DNA of 64,000 bases, taken from assembly GCA_951406725.2 (NCBI GenBank), contig OX597824.1, forward strand, positions 49,662,001-49,726,000, given 5' to 3'. The notes below the pieces were generated by a model that saw only the letters and a list, made by a program, of their open reading frames with translations, was not told the origin of the DNA and made no database searches. Origin of the DNA: Octopus vulgaris. Taxonomy: Eukaryota. The position numbers and the translations under genes were made by a program. Shown here one piece after another: positions 13,516 through 26,812 of the stretch (its first letter is position 1; each line of letters opens with the position of its first letter).

Positions 13516-14340
13516 TGATAAAAGGCAGATTTTCTCTAAAGTCTTTTCAATTTTACCCCCAATTAAGCAAAAATTCGAGAAAACTCAATATTTTACGATT
13601 TCCCTCTTTCATTTCAAGTGCTTCACTCCTACCATTACCACTACACTTTCTCCTCCTTTCTCTTTGCAAGTGTGCAACAATTAAAGTGAAAGTATTTATA
13701 TAAAAGGGATGAGCCATTAATACTGGTCATCCTTTTTGCTAGAGGAAGATCCGCTATCGTCTTATATGCTATACCACTGGTTTTCAATTCATATTAATCA
13801 AATTAATATTCAATTTTTCACCCTTATTATGTGTGTGTGTATTAGCAATTCCTATAAAATTGCATCAATGACTTGAACTTGAATAAGTGGTTTCACATAA
13901 ATGGGTATACATTAAAAAGGTTTGTTGTTATTATTATTAGTTTGACTATTGTAATCACGTTTGTTGGTTCCTCGTCAGGGAAACGTTGTTGTGTTGCATT
14001 TGTTAAATAATTGTAAACCGTAACCCTCCCCCTTTCGGAGAAGGGGCTTTGGTTATTGTTTTAAAATTGAATTGTGTCCCTGTTTGGGGAAATTGACAAT
14101 ATTTTCACCGTCTTTACGGAAGCGTTTTTGTTAAAATGCTTTCGATAGAAGAAAGTTCAAAAATGAATTTCGCTGCAGCCGTACACTTCTATACAAGAGG
14201 GAGGACAAGATCCAATTGATCGAAATTGCAAGAGACGGGCCTACAATTCCAGTTTGTTATATATTTTGAGTATTGTTATCACTAGCGATATCAAGATATA
14301 ACTTTCTATTTTGTATTTTATGTGTAGATGTATATATATA

Positions 14341-14740
14341 GGCGCAGGAGTGGCTGTGTGGTAAGTAGCTTGCTAACCAACCACATGGTTCCGGGTTCAG
14401 TCCCACTGCGTGGCATCTTGGGCAAGTGTCTTCTGCTATAGCCCCGGGCCGACCAATGCCTTGTGAGTGGATTTGGTAGACGGAAACTGAAAGAAGCCTG
14501 TCGTATATATGTATATATATATATGTATGTGTGTGTGTGTTTGTGTGTCTGTGTTTGTCCCCTTAGCATTGCTTGACAACCGATGCTGGTGTGTTTACGT
14601 CCCCGTCACTTAGCGGTTCGGCAAAAAGAGACCGATAGAATAAGTACTGGGCTTACAAAGAATAAGTCCCAGGGTCGATTTGCTCGACTAAAGGCGGTGC
14701 TCCAGCATGGCCGCAGTCAAATGACTGAAACAAGTAAAAA
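14341..14740 (+). mobile_element. tRNA-derived SINE (family A), near full length
   Basis: A-box TGGCTGTGTGG, B-box GGTTCAGTCCC, body with TTGGGCAAGTGTCTTC; many related copies in the window. Confidence 0.85.
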
Positions 14741-14873
14741 ATATATATATATATATATAGATGTACATGTAATATGTACACACACATATATATATATATA
14801 TATATACATGCATAATATATCTACCTATACACACACACACACATACATAGGGGCAGGTGTGGCTGTGTGGTAA

Positions 14874-15363
14874 CAAACTACGTTCGAAGATACTGTACTT
14901 GATATGGGCGGTAGTGCTTTGCCGGTCTATGGCCTATCTTCAACAAACCGGGAAGGCACAAACACTCTGTCTTCACATTTGCTGCGTGAGACATGTTTTA
15001 ATGTTGATGAGCTTGCCGAGTACATAGCCGACAATGAGCCAAAGCTCCTTCCAGAACAGAAGTTCGCTTACAACTCCGTTGTTAATTCAGTCCGGGCCAA
15101 AGCTGTGGGGATATTTTTCCTGGACGCTCCTGGGGGCACTGGGAAAACTTTTCTCAACAAATTAATATTGGCTGAGATTAGGCGAACACAAGGCATTGCC
15201 CTAGCTGTGGCATCATCTGGAATTGCGGCTACTTTGTTGCCAGGCGGCAGGACAGCTCACTCCACTTTCAAGCTTCCGCTCGACTTAGCGAAGACTGAGA
15301 CACCAACTTGCAACATCAGTAACAGCTCCGATCAGGCAGAAGTCTTCAGACGATGCAAGCTTA
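14874..15363 (+). pseudogene. Helitron Pif1-helicase N-terminal fragment (open frame)
   Basis: LLPEQKFAYN, FFLDAPGGTGKTFL (Walker A), ALAVASSGIAATLLPGGRTAHSTFKLP; ends just before Walker B. Confidence 0.9.
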
Positions 15364-15396
15364 TCCTGGGGTCGATTTGCTCGATTAAAGGCGATA

Positions 15397-15432
15397 CTAG
15401 CAGAGATACCCGACATTGATTGGGATTAAAGT
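15397..15432 (-). mobile_element. Helitron 3' terminus (minus strand)
   Basis: A|CTAG at 15397-15400 followed by degenerate hairpin CCCGACATTGATTGGG, similar to the other Helitron ends. Confidence 0.5.
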
Positions 15433-17325
15433 GAATATACGAAGTGTATATTTGGTATAGTGCAAATGACTAAATTCAGTTGGATGTGACGTTGGGGTAT
15501 TTTGCAAGAAGCACTCAACCCAAATACTGGGCTATTAACACTGTTGGAATCCAAAACAAGGCCAGAATACATCTGGTGTAGAAAATCCAAGTTTCATGAC
15601 GATTATACTGTCCTCATTCATCTTAATTTGGAACGCCAGTTCACACAAAAATTCTAAAAGAAAAATTACGTAATATATGCGGTTTTAGGCATCGGAGAGA
15701 CACTTCCTCAGGCTTGCATCAAAGACATGCTATTACATTGTGCATCTATCAGAGTTTGCTGTTATGAAAATACTGGGAGGAAATAAAAAGGAAAAATATT
15801 AAAAGTGTGTATGCAGGATGGGTCTATGTGGAAGAAATTATGTGAGGGGGTAGAATCAAGCGGGTGGATATGTATAATGACCGGTGGGAGAAAGGGAAGG
15901 AGAGGGAGGAAAATGAATAGAAGACTTGGAAGAAGAAGCTGGCGGTGTGTCAACCAATACTGGCAGGGCCATTGTAACCAAGATTCGTCCGATGGAAGTC
16001 GATGTATTTAACCATATAGCGACATTAGTCTGCGACAACTTAGACTGAAAAGATCTATTAGATAGATAACTAGACAATTGTCCAGAGTCAAATGGTAAAG
16101 ATGTCTGTTGTGTGTGTGTGTATCTACGTGTACATTTCTGTATGTATATTCGTCTTTTTCTATTACTACTTGTACCTTTCTTCCAGTGCTGAAACACTCT
16201 AAGGTCATAAATTTCAAGTCACCCCACAACAGACATCTTTAACATCTTCATCAGTACTAGGGGTTCAATTTCTTTGACTAAAAAGCCTTGTATTGGCTAT
16301 GTAGGTTGGTCTATTGCAGCGAGTATATTTAGTAGCGTAAATAACGATACGCAGTAAGTCACTAAATGGAAGTTAGAGAAGGTCATGATGGGTAACCTAC
16401 ACGAGGAAAAGATGAAAGGTAGGTCAAGCGAATCGGTTACAAGAGCTGAATGATATTTAAATAAATAAATATAAAGGGTAGTGATTTCATAATTATATAT
16501 TGCAGTTGTGCATCTTGATAATACTAAAACTCTAGGGATGTTTGTGTGAAACTGAAATATCTCAGAAACAGTATATTTTATCTTTTTTTTACATATTTAT
16601 TTTCATACTTACCTTCGGCAGTGCTGTACAAATTTTTGTGACATTTGGACCTCTATTTAAGTGGTTAAATACAATTTTTGTTATTTCTTGAAAAAAATAC
16701 ATGGCTTCCATGACGTCAACACATACAGACTACACACATATAATGGCGTGTCAGTCAACACAAGCACACGTTCGCTATCTGTGACATATACACACATATT
16801 GTCTCCGCGATCTCGAAGAAGCAAAAAAAACCCCGTTGACTTTTTGACGTACACAATATTTTAATCATTTGGAAATATTTTTAACTGAATGTAATTTCAT
16901 CATCCAGAGTTCGTTAATTTCCGTAAAATTTATTTATTTACTTTTGTTTTAAAGTGAAAGAGAGGAGAAAGTGAAAGATATATGTATGTGTATATGAAAT
17001 GGACCTGTATGTGAGGAAGAGAGAGAAAAAGATACGTACATACATCAATACATATACGTACATCTTATTTGTACGTGTGTATTCTCATGTATGTGTAAGA
17101 GGCACACTCTTTCTTTCTCACACACACGTTCATTTCATACACACGTTCCTACATCTTTCACTCCCCCCTTTCACTTTAAAACAAGGTAACAGGTAATTTT
17201 CAGGATAAAAATTGTTTAAAAAAAGGCTTCTACTCATGTAAATTGATTACTATTATTTGGATACTTCCAATTAAATAACTCCAGAAGTTAGATTACAAAC
17301 TGGGAAACAATTCTGTGAATACTTT

Positions 17326-17353
17326 ACCCGGCAAGACTGGGTAGTAAGTCTAG
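17326..17353 (+). mobile_element. Helitron 3' terminus
   Basis: Hairpin ACCCGG-CAAGA-CTGGGT followed by CTAG|T; 5' end not resolved. Confidence 0.6.
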
Positions 17354-17479
17354 TATTGAATTAAAACTGTTTCTACATTAAAAACAAAGCGAAATGCCCT
17401 CAGGGTTGTCTTCAGTGTAATCGGTTTTCAATATTAACAGAAGCATACTCTACCGTACACGCACGTACACATACACCCC

Positions 17480-17780
17480 TTTTTGTCTTTCACCTGTTTC
17501 AGTCAGTGGACTGGGATTGTACTGGGGCACTACCTTGAAGGGTTTAGTCGAATAAATTGACCAAAAAACTTATTTCATTTCTTTTTTTTAACGAACTAAG
17601 TAACAGAGGTGTAAATATGTGAACACCGGCTGTCAGGTAGTGTGGGGGTGGGTGGGAGACAAATACAAGTACACCTACATTCATACATACGTATGTACGA
17701 CGGGCTTCTTTCAGTTTCCGTCTACCAAAGGCTTTGGTCAGTTCGGGCCTATAGTAGAAGACATTTGCCCAAGCTGCCAG
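17480..17780 (-). mobile_element. SINE family A fragment
   Basis: CTTTCAGTTTCCGTCTACCAAA...TAGAAGACATTTGCCCAAG is the reverse complement of the 14341 SINE body. Confidence 0.7.
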
Positions 17781-17829
17781 TATTAGACTTTTCGTCTAGA
17801 TTCTCAAGTGTGACTAAATGAGACTATAG

Positions 17830-18640
17830 GTATTATCTAACCCGTTCGTTCTTGGTTTACCCTTAGGGTCCTGCCAGTTCGATCGGCTTTTAGAAATTTC
17901 CTGTGACATTTTCATCACATCTGTAGTACTGGAGTTGTAACCCTCAAATATGGAGAAGTAGCAGCTTGACTCGAAGAGATCCCCTGATCTCTGAGATACC
18001 GTTTGAGAAGTGTTATTGCAGAGATCCTTTGGAGGATCTCCATTTCAGCTGCTTGTATTTGTGATCGTATTCTTTTGACCATTACCCAACATTCATGACA
18101 AATGAACGAAAGACAAAATGAAAATAGCGAGTCTGGCTTTTTACCAAACTCACTTCTTAGGATCGAATGCAGGAGCTGGCATGTTACTGCACCAGCACCT
18201 GCAATTTTTTGCTGGCAATTGAGTCTCCTGTTTTTCATCACTAGTGAATATGATCCCCAGTTACTTAAACTTCTTCACTTGTCTCAATGATGTCCCACTA
18301 ACATTCACAGCGCACCGGGAAAACTTTCTTGAGAGGACCAATACTTGTCTTCACAACACTAATTCTTGTCCCTGTTTTGCAGCACTCAGCAGAAAACCCT
18401 TTCAGTTTATGCTGGAGATAACCTTCTGATGAGCCCAGCAAATATTAGCCGACTCATCATACACCCATCGATTGTGATAACACTTCCACAACGGCAGTGC
18501 ATGTCAACCCATCTCATAAAAATTATGAAAAGGAGAGTTGACAATACATACCCCTACCGAAGTCCACAACCCACGTTGAAAAGTTTCACCTCAGCACTAT
18601 TTACCCAAACAAATATCTAGACATTCGTATAGGGACTTCA
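17830..18640 (-). mobile_element. RTE-clade LINE RT fragment (degenerate)
   Basis: Minus-strand remnants FNVGCGLR-G.VLSTLLFIIFM, QVKKFK.LG, IQAAEM..LQRI; same family as 7570-8170. Confidence 0.8.
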
Positions 18641-18781
18641 AGGCAATCAAAAATCACACACCCTCCACATATATACACACACACACACGCATTTCTTCTT
18701 TAGTTGTATTTTATGTATGTTTACCTCAGTTTCAGACGCACGGCAGGAAATATACTTTTATAAACAAGTTACTATTAAACT

Positions 18782-18833
<52 letters not shown>

Positions 18834-21800
18834 ATATGTATATATATATATAGATAGATAGATAGATATTAAACTGTACTATAGATAGATATGAAGTACT
18901 TCGGGTGAGAGGACATCGGTTCGTAAATCCCTCGTCCGGCTATTGTGTTTCCCATGTGACCTCCCCAACCTATTGACATTTAATAATATCACGTGTCTGT
19001 TAATCTTAAATACTATAAACTATATTCAATTATTCGCTTGGTTTATGTTTATTTCCCTTCTTTTCTTCTGCTTCTACTCTCGACTTATTTCTCTGTGTTC
19101 ACTTCATTTGTTTATCAAGGCACTACATTTAGCTGAATGAATCTTTTTCAGGAACCGTTTGACACTTTTTTCTTTTTAGATTATTATCACCATCTGGACA
19201 ACTTCGTTAAGGAGCTACCTATATTTCTAAGGTGATTATTTGCTTTTTTCCTTTTATTATCTATTATACTCGCCAAATGTTTCACAAGTAGTGAAACATT
19301 CATTTGATATTTTCTTTTTACTTAGTCCAATTTTAATTATATATATGATGTGTGTATTTCTCGTTCTATTACAAACCATCATTTTAGAAATGAAAACATT
19401 ACACATTTACTCTTTTGTGTCTGGGGAGAGTCAATCTCTTTTGGTGCCTTATCATTTAACACACTCACCGGTAAAACTTCAGCACACGAGCTCACATAAA
19501 GAATCTTGCAAATCAAATCCAAAAACGAAATTACACATTTATTTTTTTTCGCTTTAAGACTACGGGACTTCACTATATTGTGCAATTTATCAAAATACAG
19601 TATCTTACAAGCAAACTAAAGTGCATCAGTACGGCTTCTTACAGTTTTTAAGTTTGATACTTTCATTTTTCATGAGAAATAATGCTGTGATGCAAATTGT
19701 ATTTCCACAGAATTATTTTCCGGGTCAAGTTGTAAACATCAACCTTATTTAGTGAGGAAGGCGAACTAAAACAGACTGAAACCAGTTCGTAATTACTTGT
19801 ATCTTTGGAGAATTTTTCACTGTGCTGCGGCCCTCTTCTGTAACTATAGGTAAAGACTTGTTTCTTACAGAAGCATTCAGTTCGAGAGTTTGCAGTGTTT
19901 GGAAAAAATTAGGGTGATCTTTAGAAACAGCGAGGAGGTCCTATAGCTTCAATAACTATAGTTCAGATTTGTTTCTAATAGAAACACACATCTTGAAATT
20001 TTGTAGTATTGACGTGGGGCGGGGAAGCTTTCTTCATCATCATCACCATAATTAAATAGCAACTTGGAATATAAACCAAGTCGCGAACTCTGTTCGTCTG
20101 TGAAATTGTAATAACAATTTTGAGTTCGAACATTGTCCCGAGGTCACATGTCAAGGCAAGAAAATTGTCTCTTGCATATAATTTATACATATTTTATCTA
20201 CTCCTAAGCGATGAAAAACAAAACTGATCCCAAGGGAATTCGAACTCACTTGGAAGAAATTAAGTACTGTAAGAAGAAATTTCATTAGGGGAAGATGAGT
20301 CTAAAGTTTCGGAGATGACACGTCGTCGAAGAGAGATGAACGTATAACCATTTACTAGTCTCGAAATGATCAATAGATTCCCAATTTATTTATCTGACAA
20401 TACTAGTAAACATTTCATCTCTGTCCAGTGGAAGTTTCTGCCTGAATATTTAGATTTCTTTCTCATGGAATGAAATTTATTCCACTATTTGAACTTTCCA
20501 TTTCTATTTGTCAATGCAGACCGTAACTATTTTCCTCAGATTCTAATAAATATTGCAAGACCCTTAGCTTAATGTTTTACCGTTTCTGTTAATTTTCCGT
20601 CATTTAAACAATATTTTTTTTTCTTCAGTAGATTAAAATCTTTCTGTTGGTTAGAAGAAAGGTGTGATGGTCATGCATTTCCATAGGGCACTGAGTTAAG
20701 TTGTTTCTCTGGAAAATTTATATTGCAAGTTTGTCTGTGATTTCCATGACATTACTTTTGAAAATACGGTACTCTTCGCAAACAAATGAAAACAATTGTT
20801 TCAAATTTTGGCACAAGGCTAGTAGTTTTTAGAGCGAGTGGGATAGTCGATTTAAAATGATTTTGGTTTGAAAATGGTATTTGAAAAACCAAATATTTTC
20901 TCACAACTCAAACTGACACCATTTCTTTCATTTTCCCTATTAATACTGATCCACTATTCAAGTAGTTTTAGATTGGTTATATATAAATCAACACCACACT
21001 ATCCTGACTTCAAATTACGCGAGTATCAACATTGCATTTCATTCTTTCAAAGTTTATTAACTGATTTTAGGGGAAAATCCAGTAAACTACATCAGATGTC
21101 GCAAATACTAGGGAACAAATTGGAAATGACTGGCTTACGGGTCAAAGCGATTACCAAATGAAACCATTATTATAAAAGCAGTAACGTCTTATGAACCGAG
21201 ATATACGGGGCAGGGTCTACCGGAGAGGGGGGGAACCTCATGAGTCTATAGCCCAATGCTAACTTTGTATCTTGTGTGAGTAAGGGCATCAGTGGGTTAT
21301 AATTGTTGTGAACGTTTTTAGTTCGACTGAATGAAGATAGTTGTGGGTTTGGGATAAAGTGGTTTGAGCCAATTTATTTCCTTTTTTCGACTGATACTTA
21401 AATAATTTTTTGTTACTGCATCGTTCACGGAAATTATAATGCCACAATATATGAAACGCCGTTTGTTTCATTTGCTCCATATAATTAGGAAGGTAATCGC
21501 ATTTACTGCTTACAATATCGCTGTTCGTGAAAGCTTATGTGTTTTAGGATGACGCCGCCTTTTTTTTTTTTGTGTAATATATAAAAAAAATGTCATTTGA
21601 AATCATAACAGAAATGAGACATTTTCTTTTTATCTGTACAATTATTTTTGTTCGCCAACCAGACAGATAAAACAAACATTTTTGTCTGAAACGCATACAT
21701 ATTTAAGTCAGCGAGCCGGATTTGACCTGTAGTCTGTTAAGTAACACACGACTATACTATTACTATAAAATGATGACCTTGCTCAAACTGTAATAAATTT

Positions 21801-21976
21801 TCTGAGAATGGAATCTGTGATTCTATATAGTTGCTAACATTTTTGGATTGACCTAATATTTCATACTTAATTTATTACTGTAGATGTCGGACACTTTCTC
21901 CACATCACACGACATTTCAGTTTGTTATTTTTTTTTATATATATAATTTATATTTATGTTCGATTTGCCAGCCTCG

Positions 21977-22100
21977 ATGTCTGAAACCGAAATACTTCTC
22001 AAAGTTCTCATAATTGGGGACCCGAATGTAGGCAAGACATCGTTTGTTCAGAGGTATATTAATAACACTTTCCGAGGGACATACAAGTGGACAATTGGTG
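21977..22100 (+). CDS. RAB29: Rab29/Rab7L1-like GTPase, coding exon 1 (124 nt)
   Basis: ATG 21977, MSETEILLKVLIIGDPNVGKTSFVQRY...YKWTIG (G1 P-loop, G2 Thr), donor G|GTGAGT at 22101. Acceptor TTGCCAG 5 nt before the ATG suggests an upstream non-coding exon. Confidence 0.93.
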
Positions 22101-22659
22101 GTGAGTAACAATTATTTATTTATTTATTAGTAGAAAGATGTTTGCGTGTTCCTCCCTGAAAAAATCTGGTTAATTAAGAGATTCACTCACCAATAAATAT
22201 AGGCATCAACTACTGTTTAATAGACGTGTTGCTTCTTCTCTCATCTCCTTCTGCTACCTTTGTGGTTTCTCTTTCTGAATAATTGTATACAGAATCCAGT
22301 TTCGGCTGCTGTCGTTCTTTTACAGTCTTGCTTTTGAGGTACCGCACAACTTAGCATTTTGTTCAATAACACTCACCCCCTCCACCACTGGAATTGTTTG
22401 TCTGCCCACATTTCAACTCCTTAAGCTGAACAAAACTCTTATCGTGGAAAACTTGCAATGCAAAGGCCACAGAAGATACTCTAGGACATTAATCGCAGAA
22501 GACTGAGTCCAAGTGGGCCCCCTGGTACCGTTACTAGCAGTGGCAGTATCAACTATCACATGAAAACCGCCAACAGTTGACGAACTCTATTGAATCTCTT
22601 GCATAAATATACTATTTTATTTTGTTTTTCTTTCTTAAATAGAATTAGAAGTAATCTTT

Positions 22660-22832
22660 TCTTCTCGAGGCACATGGTACGAAATTTTTGGGGAGGGGGC
22701 CAGTCAATTACATCAACCCCAGTAATTTATCGACCCCGAAAGGCAAAGTCGATCTCGGCAGAATTTGAACTTAGAAGACAGACGAAATAGCGCTAAGCAT
22801 TTCGCCCGGCGTGCTAACGATTCTGCCGCCTT
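22660..22832 (-). mobile_element. tRNA-type SINE (family B)
   Basis: rc head GGCGGCAGAATCGTTAGCACGCCGGGCGAAATGCTTAGCG; related copies at 25148-25340, 34577-34782, 35015-35237, 40895-41080. Confidence 0.8.
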
Positions 22833-24242
22833 AGAATTAGAAATAATTACAACGACATGATGATTGTACAATTAAATTTTTCGGAAAATTCTTTAAAACT
22901 GTGCTCTTATAAGAGTTTGTGAGTAATAATGAACGGCAAGGAATATTTTATTAGTATTTGGTTTGGTTTATTAATATCTGGCCTTATTTAAACTTTCTTT
23001 AACTCAGGAGCGACGTCCTTTCATTCTATTATGACACAGCTGCCTCATTTCTTTTCAGAAATGTTGACCTCTCAAGAAATACACCTGTCAAATAGAGATT
23101 CTCATTATGAAAGTCATGTCAGTATAACCTGATTCTGTTTAAACTGTTTCATTCAGTTCGTCTCCGTGTGACCGACTTAATAATTAAATCCCCACTGTTG
23201 CTATATGTCTTCTATCCCGTGGTCGTTACTTTACATTTATTTGTAGTCGTGTTTTGTCATATTTGGAAATTTTTCTATTTACTCTGTAATTAAGTGCACA
23301 CACGTGTCTCTCTCCATCTCTCTCTTCCTCTTCTTAACTGTCGCTTTCGTCGTTCCTAACATTAATGTTTGACCAGTAGTACCCGAGGAAACTCTACAGT
23401 TATTTTAAAATGTAAGATGGAAACGCATTTTTCTCTGAAGCACTTGTGCCTTAAGATGGTTTAAAGTTCACGTAGGTAGTATAGAAGGTGCAGTCTGAAA
23501 CATCTCCGAAAGCTACATTCTTACGTCTTTGTACAAATCCACTAAGACAAAAGTGGTATACTTCTTTGAATACCAAGACTTTCTGGGAATCTGTTCCACT
23601 TGTTTGAATGTATCTAAAAGAAGTTAATATTGTTTTAAGCATACTTCTTCATAGCACTGATTAGACAATGATTTGATAGGAATTGCATCACTATTTAAAA
23701 GAAAATGCTAATTACAGAAAACAATTCTGTATAAGTGGCAGGTATAGTATGTATGTGAGAAACTCTGTTATTGGTAGTATAGTTTTTGTGTGTGTGACAG
23801 TGAGTTATTGAATTTCTAGTGAGTTAATTAACTGAAAATACTTGAAGAAAATCACCTACCTCTAAAAATTTAATGGTTCTTACCCAAGATTAGAACTCTT
23901 GCAATATCATCATCCAAACTGAAGAATGCCTTCATATAGTGCTTAGTCCTCAAACTTTCCAACCTCTCAAACTGTAGCCATTCCTGTTGATCACTTTCCT
24001 GAAGGATTGCTGACATTTTCATGAAATTCTCCTTTCCTCCACTATTCAGCCTTGATGATTCTCTGAGCAATACTTGTATGGAGAAAGCCTTCACATTTGC
24101 TAATTTTTTTGCATCCCTCTCCACATTGCATTAGATAAATCTTCAAAATTATCCTCTTCTATGCCAACAGGCTCACTGCCATGTGTGAAAATAACACTGA
24201 TTGGTTTATTCAACAAAATCATTGGACCTTACAGTATCTCTT

Positions 24243-25115
24243 TCATCATCATCATCATCGTCGTTTAACGTCTGCTTTCCATGCTACCATAGGTTGGACG
24301 ATTTGACTGAGGACTGGCGAACCAGATGGCTGCACCAGGCTCCAATCTTGATCTGGCATTGTTTCTAGAGCTGGATGCCCTTCCTAACGCCAACCACTCC
24401 GAGAATGTAGTGTGTGCTTTTTACATGCCACTGGCATGGGGGCCAGTCAGGTGGTACTGGCAACGACCTCGCTCAAATGTTTTTTCATGTGCCATCGGTT
24501 CAAGTGCCAGTAAGGCGACGCTGGTAACGATCACACTCGAGTGGTGCCTTTTACGTTCCACCGGCACAGAAGCCAGTTAGCCACTCTGACAACAATCATG
24601 CTTGGATGGTGCTCTTAGCACCCAACTAGCACAGGGCACAAGTGCCAGTAAGCAGGTCTTTGCAAGCAGAGTTTAGTGTCCAAAGAAGGAAAGGTATGCA
24701 TAAGTGGGCTGGTTAGGCCCCTGGCATAGACCACGAGGTTATGGTCTCATTTGGCTTGCTGGGTCTTCTCAAACACAGCATATTTCCAAAAGTCTCGGTC
24801 ACTAGTCATTTCCTCAGTGAGGCCTAAAGTTCAAAGGTTGTACTTCACCACTTCATCCCAGGTCTTCCTGGGTTTACCTCTTCCACAGGTTTCCTCAACC
24901 GCTAGGGTGTGGCTCTTTTTCATACAGTTATCCTCATCCATTCTTGCCACATGACCATACCAGCACAGTCGTCTCTCTTGCACACCACATCTGATGCTTC
25001 TTAGGTCCAACTTTTTTCTCAAGGTACTTACGCTCTGTTGAGTATGCACACTGACGTTACACATCCATTGGAGTGTACTGGCTTCATTCCTTTGAGCTTA
25101 CGCATGTCCTCAGCA
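24243..25115 (-). mobile_element. RTE LINE 3' end: ORF C-terminus, repeat-containing 3' UTR and (GAT)n tail
   Basis: RRLCWYGHVARMDEDNCMKK...RGKPRKTWDEVV; 3' UTR with degenerate ~60-bp repeats; tail CGTTAAACGACGATGATGATG on the minus strand. Confidence 0.9.
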
Positions 25116-25147
25116 ATATCTGGTAATAATATCTCTGAAGCTTAATG

Positions 25148-25340
25148 TGGCAAGCTGGCAGAAATGTTAGCATGCTGGGTGAAATGCTTAGTGGTATTTC
25201 GTCTGACTTTGCGTTCTGTGTTCAAATTCCACAAAGATCATCTTTGACTTTCATCCTTTTGGGGTTGATTAATTAAGTGCTAGTTGTGTGCTGGGGTCGA
25301 TCTAATTGACTGCCTCCCCCTCCCCAAAAATTTTGGGTTT
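25148..25340 (+). mobile_element. SINE family B copy
   Basis: GGCAAGCTGGCAGAAATGTTAGCATGCTGGGTGAAATGCTTAG head. Confidence 0.75.
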
Positions 25341-25814
25341 GAAGCTTGCCTCAAACTGTTCAATTTCTCTTTATAGAATTATATCCTGACTTTTGGTAAA
25401 ATACAGTAGTGTTTCCAAGAAGGGTAATTCCTGATTTCACCAGCTATGTATTGTTTTCAAATTCAGTATATTAAAGGTGATGGGATGAGAGTAATTAACA
25501 TAGATCTTCTCCAACATCTTGAATTCCTTTTACTAATGACCACCAGAATAGTTTTTGCAAAAGTAAGATTAGCTGAGAAATTTACTAAAAGATGTCTTCT
25601 TTAGTAGTATTTTCTTTGATATAAGCAAAACCTTTGATCAACTTATGCCAAAACTGTTTACCTAGAGGCTGAGTTCATTTCATAAAGTGATGGCTTCCTG
25701 TCAGTGCTATCTCAGTGTGTTAATAGAGCTCTTTATGACCCACACTTTATCAACCTTGGGGTACCAATTAGTTTTCTTTTTCTTTTGCACACGCACACAC
25801 ACACACATATGATG

Positions 25815-25970
25815 GTCTTTCTAGTTTCTGTCTACCAAATCCACTCACAAGGTTTTAGTTGGCCTGAAACTATAGTAGAAGACACTTGCCCAAGGTGCCA
25901 TGCAGTAGGACTGAGCCTGGAACCATATGGTTGGGAAGCAAACTTCTTATCATATCGCCATGCTTGTTCC
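25815..25970 (-). mobile_element. SINE family A fragment
   Basis: TCTACCAAATCCACTCACAAGG...AGAAGACACTTGCCCAAGGTGCC. Confidence 0.75.
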
Positions 25971-26565
25971 TATATCTACAATTAGCGAATAAAAACTTGG
26001 CTTACTGAAAGTTTAATTCCTACTTTGTACCACTCATTACATATTGGAAGATATTTTTAATTATGGCATTGCAAAATAATTTGAGTGTACAAGATTGAAT
26101 TACTCTGTTTTACACTACATGACTGGAAGGGTGAGCTATTCAATAATTAGTAATTTTAGCAACCTCAGCAGGTTGAAAGTTGTCACCCAAATAAAATGCC
26201 CCAGGTAGGCAAAACTAAGTACATTTACTTCGGTACTCTAGAATTATAAAATATTATAGTGCAAAGAATTAATGTTTTTGTAATCATATGATGTTATGCT
26301 CTCCATCTGAACTATGTTAACCAAGTTGACAGTTGTGAATTAATATCAGAGAAATTTGAAGAATCATCCTGTTGAAAGTTTTAATATCTATCTGAAGTAG
26401 GTACTTTAAAAGCAAAATAAATCTGTCACCAATCTGTTTTATTATCTAATGCTTGCTGTTATCTTGTTCCAGTTGTTCATGATACTGTGTTCAGCATGTT
26501 TTAGCTTAGTCCTGTACAGTAAGAAATTGACAAAAATTCTGTTTAGACCTCACGAAGTTTTAGAT

Positions 26566-26812
26566 CAGTGGTTCTTGACCAGACTCCATATGGCCCTTGG
26601 GAGTCCATGTAAGATTTTGTTAAAATTTACCTCTAATAAGTTGGTTATACTTCAATAACACACAAAATATTTTAATTTTTCTTAATACAATTCCTAATAA
26701 TATTTAATCATAAAACGAGATTTTTTAGAACCCCAAATGGATAGGAGGATCCAGCAGAGTAAAATAGAAACTAAAGGGTGTCCATAGGCAAAGAAATGGT
26801 TGAGAAACACTG
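26566..26812. mobile_element. hAT (Charlie-like) MITE
   Basis: TIRs CAGTGGTTCTTGACC / GGTTGAGAAACACTG with perfect 8-bp TSD TTTTAGAT (26558-26565 and 26813-26820). Confidence 0.88.

Noticed and set aside
14341-14415. tRNA gene candidates (also 41480-41552)
   Set aside because: tRNA-like heads run into SINE bodies; no proper acceptor stem or terminator.
11780-15363. Host PIF1 helicase gene
   Set aside because: The C-terminal fragment lies upstream of the N-terminal one, is frameshifted, and is followed by Helitron termini; these are separate Helitron remnants.
19750-19797. Further hammerhead-like relics (also ~14200-14230, ~20300-20335, ~33826-33846)
   Set aside because: Two or more core or stem positions are broken; too degenerate to call individually, though consistent with PLE debris.
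21480-21750. Candidate non-coding first exon donors of Rab29 (AG|GTAATC at 21493, AA|GTAACA at 21741)
   Set aside because: Cannot choose between them or define a start without transcript data.
23660-24170. Possible hAT transposase C-terminal remnant (minus-strand ORF 23870-24124)
   Set aside because: Only faint motif resemblance and no TIRs; cannot be supported without a profile search.
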